Shown here in pieces: positions 20,882 to 30,399 of a stretch of DNA of 64,000 bases. Below the pieces are notes generated by a model. It did no database searches, had not been told where the DNA came from, and was given only the letters and a program-made list of their open reading frames with translations. The position numbers were made by a program, and so were the translations under genes. The stretch is taken from assembly GCA_965207455.1 (NCBI GenBank), contig CBDBMJ010000001.1, positions 1,440,001 through 1,504,000 on the forward strand, in the 5' to 3' direction. Each line of letters opens with the position of its first letter. Within the stretch, counting starts at the first letter, position 1. The DNA is from Bdellovibrionota bacterium (GTDB lineage: Bacteria > Bdellovibrionota > UBA1018 > CAIPTA01 > JAALKR01).

Positions 20882-21700
20882 ATGAAGAAGATAAAGGTAT
20901 TATTAATAATTGCTCTTGCAGCTCTTTTTACATGTGGTTTTGCACTAAAACCCACAGGTGAAGACACTGGCTGCGGTCCTGGTGTGGAAACAAAACCTCA
21001 TCCCAATGGTGGTGGTGCAGTGGCAGTAACAGCTACTGTCCATGAAACTGCATATGTGGGGCAAAACGCTAAAGTTTGCGACAGTGCGAGGGTTTCTGGA
21101 AAGGCAGAAATTTATGGATATGCAAAGGTTTCTGGCAATGCAAAGATTTCTGGCAATGCGCAGGTTTCTGGCGGTGCGAGGGTTTTTGACGATGCGGAAG
21201 TTTCTGGCAATGCAAAGATTTCTGGCAATGCGCAGGTTTCTGACAATGCGTGGGTTTATGATAAAGCGCAGGTTTATGGCTATGCAGAGGTTTCTGGCTA
21301 TGCGAAGGTTTCTGACAATGCGAAGGTTCATGGAAGAGCGAGGGTTTCTGACAATGCGAAGGTTTCTGGCTATGCGAAGGTTCATGGAAGAGCGAGGGTT
21401 TCTGACAATGCGAAGGTTTCTGGCTATGCGAAGGTTTCTGACAATGCGTGGATTTCTGACAATGCGACAGTTATTGGCAGTGCGTATGTTCATGGCTATG
21501 CAGAGGTTTCTGGCTATGCGAAGGTTTCTGGCAATGCGAAGGTTTATGGACATGCAAAGGTTTATGGACATGCAAAGGTTTATGGACATGCAAAGGTTAG
21601 TGGGTTAATGCAAATTATTGATAATATGAAGTTGTGTGGACTTGTGTGGTCTGTTCGCCATGTGGTGGTTTGTGGTAATAGACCACTTTCTGGAGAATGA
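20882..21700 (+). CDS. secreted hexapeptide-repeat protein, copy 3 (distinct Cys-containing C-terminus)
   Basis: Paralog with the longest repeat tract; AGGAG RBS. Confidence 0.88.
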   Translation: MKKIKVLLIIALAALFTCGFALKPTGEDTGCGPGVETKPHPNGGGAVAVTATVHETAYVGQNAKVCDSARVSGKAEIYGYAKVSGNAKISGNAQVSGGARVFDDAEVSGNAKISGNAQVSDNAWVYDKAQVYGYAEVSGYAKVSDNAKVHGRARVSDNAKVSGYAKVHGRARVSDNAKVSGYAKVSDNAWISDNATVIGSAYVHGYAEVSGYAKVSGNAKVYGHAKVYGHAKVYGHAKVSGLMQIIDNMKLCGLVWSVRHVVVCGNRPLSGE

Positions 21701-21740
21701 CGAGATAGATGCACAGGAAATTGAGCATCCTATAGATTCA

Positions 21741-24700
21741 TTACTTCAGCTTTAGTTCTCGTTCTCTCCAAAGAGCAAATATGGCTGGGTAGACTAACAG
21801 TTCTAGGAGGAAGGATGTAAAAATCCCTCCCACCATTGGAGCTGCCATACGTTTCATCACATCTGCGCCGCTATCAGCGGTGCTGGCCCATAGAATGGGA
21901 AGTAAGGCTATGAAGGTACTGAGCACGGTCATCATCTTGGGTCGGATTCGTTTTACAGCTCCGGTATGAATTGCTTCTTTTAGGTCGGAAAACTGATTCA
22001 TTTCTCCGGCTGCTTTCTTTTTGTTGTAAGCAAGGTCGAGGTAGAGAAGCATGAAGATTGCTGTTTCTGCGTCCACTCCAACGAGGGCAATCAAGCCAAC
22101 CCAAACGGCGATGCTCATATTGTAGTCCAAAATATAGAGTAGCCAAATGGCGCCGATAGCAGAGAAGGGGATCGCCAGGAGGACGATCGACGTTTTCATT
22201 GCCGACCCTGTATTTATATAAATAAGCATAAGGATAAGAAGAAATACGATGGGGATCACAACTTTGAGTTTTTCCTTTACGCGTTCCAGGCTTTCGTACT
22301 GGCCACTCCAGATAAGGGAGTATCCAGAGGGGAGAATTAGTTTCTTAGCGATAATTTGTTTCGCTTTTTTTACGAAACTTCCCAAATCTGAGGTATGAAG
22401 ATCCACGTAGACGTATCCCGTGAGAAGGCCATTGTCGTTTCTAATCACCCCTGGTCCGTTTAGCATTTCAATGGTTGCGACTTCGGAGAGTGGAATTTGG
22501 TATCCTTTTGGAGAGTCTAAAAGGATTCTTTTAATATCTTCTTTGTTTTGTCTAAATCCTCTAGCGTATCTCACATTAATAGAGTACCTTTCCCTTCCCT
22601 CTATGGTGGTGGTGACGTTCTTACCTCCTAAGGCAGTGGCTAGGGTCTCTTGTGCTTGATGGATGGATATTCCATGCCTAGCTAGAGCTTCTCTATTGAA
22701 ATTAAAGTCAAAGAAAAATCCTCCAGCCACGCGTTCGGCAAAAACACTTCGGACCTCTTCCACGTTATTCATAATTTTTTCAATTTCAACGCCGATACGT
22801 TCAATTTCTTTTAAGTCGGATCCTGAAACCTTAATCCCTATGGGTGTTCTGATCCCAGTGCTCAGCATATCGATTCGACCTTTAATCGGGAGGGTCCAAG
22901 CGTTTGTCAGTCCGGGAAATTTCATTTTCTTATCCATCTCTTTGATAAGTTCATCCCAGCTCATGAAGTTTGGGGTGATTATTTGAAATGGCCATTCCAG
23001 AAAATCAGGTAGGAATGAGTACCAGCGGTCTACTTTTCTCCATTCCCGTTGATCTTTTAAAACAACAACTGTTTCCATCATGGAGAGTGGTGCGGGGTCT
23101 GTTGCCGTTACTGCTCGTCCAGCCTTTCCATGAACACTTACTACTTCAGGAAAACTTTTTAGGATTTTGTCTTGTCTTTGAAGAATATTTTGTGCTTCCG
23201 TGACTGATATTCCTGGCATAGTGGTTGGCATGTAGAGGATAGTTCCTTCATTTAGGGGGGGCATGAATTCCGACCCTAGCTTGAAGTATATGGGTATGGT
23301 GCCAATGACCATACAGAGAGCGATTGCCACAACTTTTTTTCTGTTGTCCACCACCCAGTCTACCGTTGGGCCATATACTTTAAATAAAAACTTGCTAATG
23401 GGGTGTTGCGCCTCAGTACGTTTATTCGAAGCAAACAAAAAATTGACAGATTTCGTGAACCATGTTGGTCCAACCGTAAGTTCTTTCGTTCTAGTAAAAA
23501 TAATGAGTAAAGCTGGCACTAAAGTGATCGACAGAAAAGATGCAACAAACATGGCCAGTGTTTTAGTATAGGCAAGTGGTTTGAAAAGCCTTCCTTCTTG
23601 GGCTTCGAGTGCAAAGATGGGTAAGAAGGCGACTGCTATAACAAGTAGGGAATAGAAGCCTGCTGGTCCCACTTCTTTAATGGCTCCAATGATAACTTCG
23701 CTAACTTCTCCTTTTTGTCCATCCGCTTGCCATTCTTCCATTTTCTTATGGCAATTTTCAACAACAACAATGGCAGCATCCACCATTGCACCGATGGCAA
23801 TAGCAATTCCTCCAAGCGACATGATATTTGCAGACACATTCATCAGGTACATAAAAATAAAGGATATAATCACAGCAGCAGGGAGTGTAATAATTGGGAT
23901 GATTGCGCTGGGAAAGTGAAGCAAAAATATAATAATAATCAAAGCCACCACAACCATTTCCAGGATCAGTTCATGGGTTAGAGTCTTGATAGATCGTTGA
24001 ATTAAATCTCTTCGATTATAGGTCTCAACAATTTCAACTCCCTCTGGTAAAGATGGCTTTAGCTCATCGAGTTTCTTTTTAACACGTTCAATAACACTTT
24101 CGGCATTTTCCCCAAACCTCATAACAACAATGCCACCAACAACATCTCCCATTCCGTTGAGATCTCCCACACCTCTTCGAATCTCTGGACCTTTTGCCAC
24201 TTTAGCCACATTTTTCACATATATGGGAACTCCGTTTTTGCTTACGCTCACAACGATGTCTTCTATGTCTCTGCGTTTTTTTGCGTACCCCCTTGCGCGG
24301 ATCATGTACTCCGTACCTGTGAATTCTATTACTCTGGCACCGGTTTCGCTATTCCCTTGTCGGATGGCTTCCGTTACCTTAGTAAGAGGAATATTATACG
24401 CTCTTAGGGATTCTGGATTAACTTGTACTTGGTATTGGTTTTCAAACCCACCAAATGAAGCCACCTCTGAGACACCGTAAACCGATTGGAGTTGGTACCT
24501 TAAAAACCAATCTTGAAAGGATCGGAGTTCAGCCAGTGAATTTTTGCCCGACGTATCTTTAAGAGCGTACTGATAAACCCAGCCCACACCTGTTGCATCT
24601 GGACCCAGCTCTGTTCGCACTCCCTTGGGAAGTTGAGGAATGATCTTTGATAGGTATTCCAATATCCGCGATCTTGCCCAGTAGATATCCGTTCCATCTT

Positions 24701-24989
24701 CAAAAATTGCATAAACGTAAGAAACTCCAAATGCTGAAATTCCTCTGATATCTTTTATTTTTGGAACACCAAGAAGACTGGTAACAATGGGATAGGTCAC
24801 TTGATCTTCAATAATATCTGGGCTAACGTTCCATCTGGAGTAGACAATTACTTGAGTGTCCGAAAGATCGGGGATAGCATCGATGGGAATTTCCTTCATG
24901 CTAAACAAACCGCCTACCAGTAAAATGGCCACAGCAAAGAGTGTGATAAATCTATTTCTCGCGCAAAATTCAATTACTTTTATTATCAT
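21741..24989 (-). CDS. cusA: CusA/CzcA family heavy-metal efflux RND transporter (Cu/Ag type)
   Basis: DAIPDLSDTQVIV, LGPDATGVGWVYQY, AIAIGAMVDAAIV, EFMPPLNEG..LYMP and RIRPKMMT motifs. Confidence 0.93.
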   Translation of the reverse strand: MIIKVIEFCARNRFITLFAVAILLVGGLFSMKEIPIDAIPDLSDTQVIVYSRWNVSPDIIEDQVTYPIVTSLLGVPKIKDIRGISAFGVSYVYAIFEDGTDIYWARSRILEYLSKIIPQLPKGVRTELGPDATGVGWVYQYALKDTSGKNSLAELRSFQDWFLRYQLQSVYGVSEVASFGGFENQYQVQVNPESLRAYNIPLTKVTEAIRQGNSETGARVIEFTGTEYMIRARGYAKKRRDIEDIVVSVSKNGVPIYVKNVAKVAKGPEIRRGVGDLNGMGDVVGGIVVMRFGENAESVIERVKKKLDELKPSLPEGVEIVETYNRRDLIQRSIKTLTHELILEMVVVALIIIIFLLHFPSAIIPIITLPAAVIISFIFMYLMNVSANIMSLGGIAIAIGAMVDAAIVVVENCHKKMEEWQADGQKGEVSEVIIGAIKEVGPAGFYSLLVIAVAFLPIFALEAQEGRLFKPLAYTKTLAMFVASFLSITLVPALLIIFTRTKELTVGPTWFTKSVNFLFASNKRTEAQHPISKFLFKVYGPTVDWVVDNRKKVVAIALCMVIGTIPIYFKLGSEFMPPLNEGTILYMPTTMPGISVTEAQNILQRQDKILKSFPEVVSVHGKAGRAVTATDPAPLSMMETVVVLKDQREWRKVDRWYSFLPDFLEWPFQIITPNFMSWDELIKEMDKKMKFPGLTNAWTLPIKGRIDMLSTGIRTPIGIKVSGSDLKEIERIGVEIEKIMNNVEEVRSVFAERVAGGFFFDFNFNREALARHGISIHQAQETLATALGGKNVTTTIEGRERYSINVRYARGFRQNKEDIKRILLDSPKGYQIPLSEVATIEMLNGPGVIRNDNGLLTGYVYVDLHTSDLGSFVKKAKQIIAKKLILPSGYSLIWSGQYESLERVKEKLKVVIPIVFLLILMLIYINTGSAMKTSIVLLAIPFSAIGAIWLLYILDYNMSIAVWVGLIALVGVDAETAIFMLLYLDLAYNKKKAAGEMNQFSDLKEAIHTGAVKRIRPKMMTVLSTFIALLPILWASTADSGADVMKRMAAPMVGGIFTSFLLELLVYPAIFALWRERELKLK

Positions 24990-24997
24990 TGGATCCC

Positions 24998-26125
24998 TTA
25001 GTTATCTGTATCTGAGGAGGATTGAATCACAGATTTTAAGCGTGACTCGGAGTTGAGCATAAAATTTCCACCCACTACAATTTCGTCACCTGGTTGAACC
25101 GGTCCTGTAATTGCTGCCTCAGTATCTGTTTCCAAGATGATGTTAACTTTTCTAGGCTCAAACCTTCCTTCGCCTATTTTTACAAATACAAAGGCCTCTC
25201 TTCCCGTATCCATAACAGCCTCAAGGGGTACGGACGTATGTTCTCCAACAGGGGCAAAAATAGTAATATTCACATAAGATTCTGGTCGGATGGAAACGTC
25301 TTGCTTTAGGAGTTGAATACGAACTTTGGCTGTTCTTGTATTTGGATTGATCACCCGATCCACTGAGATGACCTTACCCAACAGAGATTTACCTTGCAGA
25401 AAGTTAGCTGTGATTTTTACAGAAAGCCCCTTCTTGATGTAAGGAATATCCACTTCGAAAATATCGGCGTAGATCCAACTGTCTTGCCCCTTACCACTCA
25501 CTAGGAGTCCTTCGGATTGAAAGCCCTTTTTTGCCAAGTCTTTAATTTGACCCTCAGACAGACCTAAAACTTTCAGTCGAATCTTAGATGAGTTGATCAT
25601 CTGCTGAGTGTTTCCCCTTACATCTTCTAGGGGAGAGTCTTTCACGCGCTTCCATTGTTTTAAAGCTTCCAGGTATTCGCTTTGAGCAGTGTAGAGTTCA
25701 GGATCAAAGGCAACTCTCCCGGGTGCTCGTATGGATTTAAAGAGTTTCTTTTTCTGAGCTTTGTCGATCTTTATTCCGATCATCTGCTGCTTCTCTAAGG
25801 ATAGTCTGAAATTTGCGTGCCCAATGGGTGTTTGCGATTCTTTGTTCCCTTCATCGTCAGCCATATTCTTGTGTTGTTCGTGATCTCCATGCTCTTCTTC
25901 GTCTTCAGTTAAAACTAAGTCCATTCCACAAACAGGACAAGCGCCAGGTTTATCGGAAGTAATCTGTGGATGCATGGGACAGAAATACTGGGAAGATTTG
26001 TTTTTTGCTGTTTTACCATAATTATGAGTGTCTGAATCCATATTGTGATGACGTAAAAGGAACCATCCAGTTCCCACAGCTAGAAGAACCACGACGGATA
26101 CTATTGCTTTCATTTTTATTTTCAT
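24998..26125 (-). CDS. cusB: CusB-like RND periplasmic adaptor with heavy-metal-binding domain
   Basis: YFCPMHP..PGACPVCGMDL domain, His-rich linker, PELYTAQSEYL, C-terminal adaptor motifs. Confidence 0.88.
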   Translation of the reverse strand: MKIKMKAIVSVVVLLAVGTGWFLLRHHNMDSDTHNYGKTAKNKSSQYFCPMHPQITSDKPGACPVCGMDLVLTEDEEEHGDHEQHKNMADDEGNKESQTPIGHANFRLSLEKQQMIGIKIDKAQKKKLFKSIRAPGRVAFDPELYTAQSEYLEALKQWKRVKDSPLEDVRGNTQQMINSSKIRLKVLGLSEGQIKDLAKKGFQSEGLLVSGKGQDSWIYADIFEVDIPYIKKGLSVKITANFLQGKSLLGKVISVDRVINPNTRTAKVRIQLLKQDVSIRPESYVNITIFAPVGEHTSVPLEAVMDTGREAFVFVKIGEGRFEPRKVNIILETDTEAAITGPVQPGDEIVVGGNFMLNSESRLKSVIQSSSDTDN

Positions 26126-27372
26126 TTCTGCCCCTTATTTTTTGATTCCAGATCGGATACCGTAAACCCCAACTGTGCTTCAAGTTCACTCAAATAATGA
26201 ACGTACTGACTTAGGGATTTATAAAAACCTGCTCTCACACGAAAAAGTGAACGCTCGCTATCCAGAAGATCCAAGAAGGAAGTTTTATTAGCTCGATAAG
26301 CTCCACGAATGGAGTTGTAGGCTCCTTGCGCCTGAGGGATGAGGCTGGTTTTATAAATGCTCAATGTCTTTACTCCCACTTGAACCTTTCCCTTTAGGTC
26401 TTTAACTTTTGCAATTAACTTTTGAGTGGTGTTGATGGTACGAAACTCTTGGGCCATTCTCATGGACGAGGCTGCCGACGCCTCAGAACCTTTCTTCCAA
26501 AACCAAAGAGGAAACGTAATGCCTATGGAATAAATCCTTGAATCTTCAGGGCTACCAGAAATTCTTTGCTGGTATTGAATTTGAAGGTCAGGGGCATATT
26601 CCCATTTTGCCAGCGAACTCCTGTACTCTGCTTCTTTCAAAAGGTGCTTCTGTGCTTTTATCTGTGGGGATTTTCTCTGTAGCATGGAGGTAAGACCAGG
26701 GACTGAGTTCACAACTTGATTGGAATAAAACTTAGGAACTTGAAGGCTTAGCCCCAATAAGTTAAGTCTTTCCAAGCTGGGGTAATTCACTACTGCTTTA
26801 AAATTATCCTGAAGAGCATCTTCTTTTTGCTGTAAACGAATTAAGTCCAGCTCCAATCGTGTAAGTTCAAAGTGAGCTTTCATGGAGTCGCCCTGTGGAG
26901 ATTTTCCTGCTGCGTACTTTTTCCCAGCCACTCGTGCAAACTCTTTTAATGCTTGTGCATTGGCTTTAGTGAGTTGGATGATTTTTTGAGCAGAGTAAAT
27001 GGCATAGTATAGGGAGGTCACTTGCTGCCGAACCTCAAGCCGTTTCATGCGTAATTTTGATTTATGGTTATCAGCACGACTACTTTGAGCCCTAGCTTCG
27101 AGAACATACTTCATGGGAAACCGAATCTTTTGAGTGATGGTACCATATTGTGTTTGGGCGTTCCGATTAAGAGTAGAGAGTCCAATCATGGGATCATCGA
27201 GTGTTGCCTTGGCCATAATCAAGGATTCTTCCGCATCCAATGTGTAACGACTCGCTAAAATTTCCGGGTTATTCTGATAAGCCAGATCGAGAACTTCTTG
27301 GAGAGTTCTTGCCTCCCCCGCAAAACCTAAACGGGCAAACAATATCGCAAGCGCAATTAAATATAGACCCAC
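26122..27372 (-). CDS. TolC/CusC family outer membrane efflux protein
   Basis: A..NNPEI, I.FPLWF and AY....SFLDLLD patterns; operonic with cusBA. Confidence 0.88.
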   Translation of the reverse strand: MGLYLIALAILFARLGFAGEARTLQEVLDLAYQNNPEILASRYTLDAEESLIMAKATLDDPMIGLSTLNRNAQTQYGTITQKIRFPMKYVLEARAQSSRADNHKSKLRMKRLEVRQQVTSLYYAIYSAQKIIQLTKANAQALKEFARVAGKKYAAGKSPQGDSMKAHFELTRLELDLIRLQQKEDALQDNFKAVVNYPSLERLNLLGLSLQVPKFYSNQVVNSVPGLTSMLQRKSPQIKAQKHLLKEAEYRSSLAKWEYAPDLQIQYQQRISGSPEDSRIYSIGITFPLWFWKKGSEASAASSMRMAQEFRTINTTQKLIAKVKDLKGKVQVGVKTLSIYKTSLIPQAQGAYNSIRGAYRANKTSFLDLLDSERSLFRVRAGFYKSLSQYVHYLSELEAQLGFTVSDLESKNKGQK

Positions 27373-27494
27373 ATTGCCTCCTCACTGCTCTGTATGGACA
27401 CAAGCCCATCTTACCCTAGTTTAGTGAAGATTATTTAAGTAATACAGCACCAATGCGAAAATGTGCGCGTCAAAGAAAGGGTGAGCAATAAACG

Positions 27495-27534
27495 AAAAGA
27501 AAGGACACCCAAGAGACTTAACTCTTGAATGCCC
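27495..27534 (-). terminator. intrinsic terminator downstream of 27574-28086
   Basis: Minus strand GGGCATTCAAGAG-TTAAGT-CTCTTGGGTGTCC followed by TTTCTTTT; 13-bp stem with G-U pairs. Confidence 0.75.
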
Positions 27535-27573
27535 TTTTACTTAACATAACAACAATAACAATAAATAAACTTT

Positions 27574-28086
27574 TTACTCGTCACCAAGTTCGGAAGGCAT
27601 GATATGTAGTTCTATATTCTCTAAAAGATAATCATTACCCCAGTCATAAGAACAGCCTCCTGTTGAAAACCACGCCATATCTCCAGAAATTACCTCCAGC
27701 GCATCAGCATAATCCTCGCAGAGTTTACGATTCCCCTTGCTAGTACCTCCGGAAAACTTAATATTATTTAACTTAATTGTTCTAAATTTATCATTAATGC
27801 CGTCGAGAATAAGTACCTTGGGTTCTCTTAAAACGTACCTACTAAAGGATTGGTGGCATCCTCTTGATGTCAAAGCAACTTTATCATTAGTAAAAGATTT
27901 AAGTATATTATTAAAAACACGACAAAATCTCCTTGCATGTTTTAAACCACGGGAATCATAACGAGATAATTCCGATAATTCAACTGCCCTAATTCCACTC
28001 GTTTCATGATCTCCCTGTTCACTAGCAAATGCAGGGGTACTGCCCAGTGCCATTACAAATCCGATTAATACTATTATTTTTTTCAT
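27574..28086 (-). CDS. hypothetical secreted protein with internal two-fold Cys-containing repeat
   Basis: Signal peptide ending AFA, AAGGAG RBS, own terminator. Confidence 0.8.
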   Translation of the reverse strand: MKKIIVLIGFVMALGSTPAFASEQGDHETSGIRAVELSELSRYDSRGLKHARRFCRVFNNILKSFTNDKVALTSRGCHQSFSRYVLREPKVLILDGINDKFRTIKLNNIKFSGGTSKGNRKLCEDYADALEVISGDMAWFSTGGCSYDWGNDYLLENIELHIMPSELGDE

Positions 28087-28217
28087 ATTCTTTCTCCTTT
28101 TTATATAGTTAATTATTAATGTTTTCCTTGGTAAGGCTAAAGCTGAAAAATAAATTTGTCAAGACAAGGTAAAGAAAATTAGTGACCGTCTGCAACGCAT
28201 AAACTTGTTTGCTGTCC

Positions 28218-29156
28218 CTAGTAATTCCTTACTAATATTTCCTTCAGCGCACCTCGCCCAGAGGGATTGGAATTGATCCGACGTGTGGCGTCGACTCGAC
28301 GAATGGAAAACTCTCCGTACAGTCGATCAAAAAATAAATCATGCTTACATGGGTCTGAATTACTCAGTAATTGGGGCACACCGTTGGCATCCTGCTTCTT
28401 ATAAAAACTAGCAAGCCGTGTCTGTGCTTCGTCGCCAAATTCCTCTTTAGAGTAGGAACGAAAATTTGCAGTTTCACTGACAGGTCTATACGGCGGATCG
28501 TAATATATAAATGTTTTGTCCGATATATATTTTTCACAGTCTGAAAAGTCGCCCATAAAAATTTCAGCACCTTGTAGAGCAATGGCAGCAGATCGTAACT
28601 TATTTTCAAACACTATGGTTGGATTTTTATATCGACCATGGGGAACATTAAACTCACCTTTTTTATTCACACGAAAAAGTCCATTAAAACATGTTCTATT
28701 GAGAAATATGGTAATCGCTGCTCTACGGGGGTTAACAGAATTCTGCTCAAAGGCCTTATGGCACAAAGGCATCTCATTGTTATACTGTTCTCTTATGGCA
28801 TAAAAATATTTTTGACGATCGTCGCTGCCTACTTTTGATAAATATATGCTAGAGATTTCTAATAATTCCTCTATCACTTTGTCAACACTTGCCTTCAATG
28901 AGTTATATAAAATGACAAGATCAATGTTATTGTCGAAAAGATAGGCTTTCTTAAAATTAAATGTATTAAAAATGTTAAAAAAAACAGCACCACCACCCAC
29001 AAACGGTTCAATATAGGTATCTAATTTCCCCTCCAACAACGCTTTAGGAAAATTATTATGCAACGTTGGTAAAAGCTGTGTTTTCCCACCAGCCCATTTC
29101 AAAACTGGCCCGACAATAACTGTTTTTTCATTCCCTGTTTTTTCAGTTTTTTTCAT
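28218..29156 (-). CDS. Dam/DpnM-type N6-adenine DNA methyltransferase (D12 class), orphan
   Basis: LKWAGGK, YIEPFVGGGAV, NRTCFNGLFRVN and YDPPY motifs. Confidence 0.93.
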   Translation of the reverse strand: MKKTEKTGNEKTVIVGPVLKWAGGKTQLLPTLHNNFPKALLEGKLDTYIEPFVGGGAVFFNIFNTFNFKKAYLFDNNIDLVILYNSLKASVDKVIEELLEISSIYLSKVGSDDRQKYFYAIREQYNNEMPLCHKAFEQNSVNPRRAAITIFLNRTCFNGLFRVNKKGEFNVPHGRYKNPTIVFENKLRSAAIALQGAEIFMGDFSDCEKYISDKTFIYYDPPYRPVSETANFRSYSKEEFGDEAQTRLASFYKKQDANGVPQLLSNSDPCKHDLFFDRLYGEFSIRRVDATRRINSNPSGRGALKEILVRNY

Positions 29157-29314
29157 CTATGGGGAGTAAATTAACATAAAGGAAGAACAAGCTCCATACT
29201 TAACGCGTTGATGGCACTTGAAACCCACCGACCACAGGCAAACACACCCTTAGGGGTTTAAAAAATATACCACCTACGGTCCAAACCCACACCACTTTCT
29301 AAGAAAAATTAAGA

Positions 29315-29362
29315 TTGACAAGCCAATACCAAAGAGATAGATTGTTGTTTCAGAAATACAAC
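29315..29362 (+). promoter_or_regulatory. promoter of the HTH gene with adjacent palindromic operator
   Basis: TTGACA (29315)-17bp-TAGATT (29338), followed immediately by GTTGT-TTCAGAAAT-ACAAC (29344-29362). Confidence 0.7.
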
Positions 29363-29374
29363 GAGGAAACACGA

Positions 29375-29746
29375 GTGACTTTTGGAGAATTATTTAAGAA
29401 ATTACGAATCCGAACGAAAATGACCCTACGCCAGTTTTGCAAAAAAAACGAGTTCGACCCAGGCAATATCTCTAAACTAGAAAGAGGCATCCTACTAGCC
29501 CCCCATGATGAAAAAAAACTCAAATCATACGCCAAGGCTTTAAAAATCCGACCAAGTGACAAAGAGTATATGGAGTTTTTTGACCTAGCCGCCGGTTCCA
29601 ATAAGAATTTCCCCATCAAGAATATAAAAGATCAAAACCTATTAAATAAACTTCCAGTCCTGTTTAGAACATTGGATAGAAAGGATCTTACCGAGGAGAA
29701 ACTTGAAAAAATCATTCAAATTATTCGGAATGAGTCCATCGGATAA
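29375..29746 (+). CDS. XRE-family HTH transcriptional repressor (ImmR/CapH-like)
   Basis: TFGELFKKLR..MTLRQF...DPGNISKLERG HTH; GTG start at 29375 after GAGGA (the ORF track's TTG at 29315 is the -35 box). Confidence 0.88.
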   Translation: MTFGELFKKLRIRTKMTLRQFCKKNEFDPGNISKLERGILLAPHDEKKLKSYAKALKIRPSDKEYMEFFDLAAGSNKNFPIKNIKDQNLLNKLPVLFRTLDRKDLTEEKLEKIIQIIRNESIG

Positions 29747-29751
29747 ACATT

Positions 29752-30327
29752 ATGACCTACGAGACAGTGGAAAAGGAAGCCATACACTTTCTAAATAAAT
29801 ATAATCCCCAAAGAATAATCCCCATTCCCATTGAAAAAATTGTGGAGCTAAAACTAGAAATTTCCATTGTTCCAATCATGGGACTGTTAAAAAATGAAGG
29901 AATTGACGCTTTTCTTTCCCACGACTGCACAGAACTATACATTGACCACGATCACTACATGGGCCAAACCAATCGAAGCCGATTCACCCTTGCCCATGAG
30001 GTTGCCCACTATGTTCTCCATAGGGACGCCATGGCTTCCATGGAAAACCTGGATAAGTGGAAAGCTCTCATTTTGAGCAATAGCGCAGAGCAAACGATGC
30101 ATGAAAACCATGCCGACAATTTTGCTGCATGCCTAATGATGCCAAGACCAGAGTTAAATCAAGAGTATAGGACGCGGATTGCCACAGCCAGTGCTAGACT
30201 CAGACAAGTCGGCATAAATAAACCAGATACAAAAATGCTAATCTCCTTTATCTCTGAAGAAATTGCCCAAAAATTTGATGTATCCCCCAGGGCAGCAAAA
30301 ATACGACTCTCAAAAATCTTCCTGTAA
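29752..30327 (+). CDS. ImmA/IrrE family metallo-endopeptidase
   Basis: RSRFTLAHEVAH (HExxH), E..AD.FA..LMMP and C-terminal IA..FDVS..AAKIRL. Confidence 0.92.
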   Translation: MTYETVEKEAIHFLNKYNPQRIIPIPIEKIVELKLEISIVPIMGLLKNEGIDAFLSHDCTELYIDHDHYMGQTNRSRFTLAHEVAHYVLHRDAMASMENLDKWKALILSNSAEQTMHENHADNFAACLMMPRPELNQEYRTRIATASARLRQVGINKPDTKMLISFISEEIAQKFDVSPRAAKIRLSKIFL

Positions 30328-30329
30328 TC

Positions 30330-30383
30330 GTTGTAATTGCTTTACAACACTCCAGTCTTATGTTGTAATTAAATTACAACATA
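30330..30383 (+). promoter_or_regulatory. tandem palindromic operators overlapping the likely promoter of the small ORF
   Basis: GTTGTAA-N5-TTACAAC at 30330-30348 and 30362-30380; the second extends to a perfect 12-1-12 palindrome. Confidence 0.75.
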
Positions 30384-30399
30384 ACAACAGGAGGAAAAA

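Noticed and set aside
19656..21608. Long overlapping ORFs (MRRFLA/RIARNL/QKPSH repeats) in other frames
   Set aside because: Expected shadows of stop-free 18-bp repeats; only one frame has an RBS and signal peptide
19593..21700. Diversity-generating retroelement TR/VR pair
   Set aside because: No reverse transcriptase in the window; differences are block indels and shuffles, not adenine-specific substitutions
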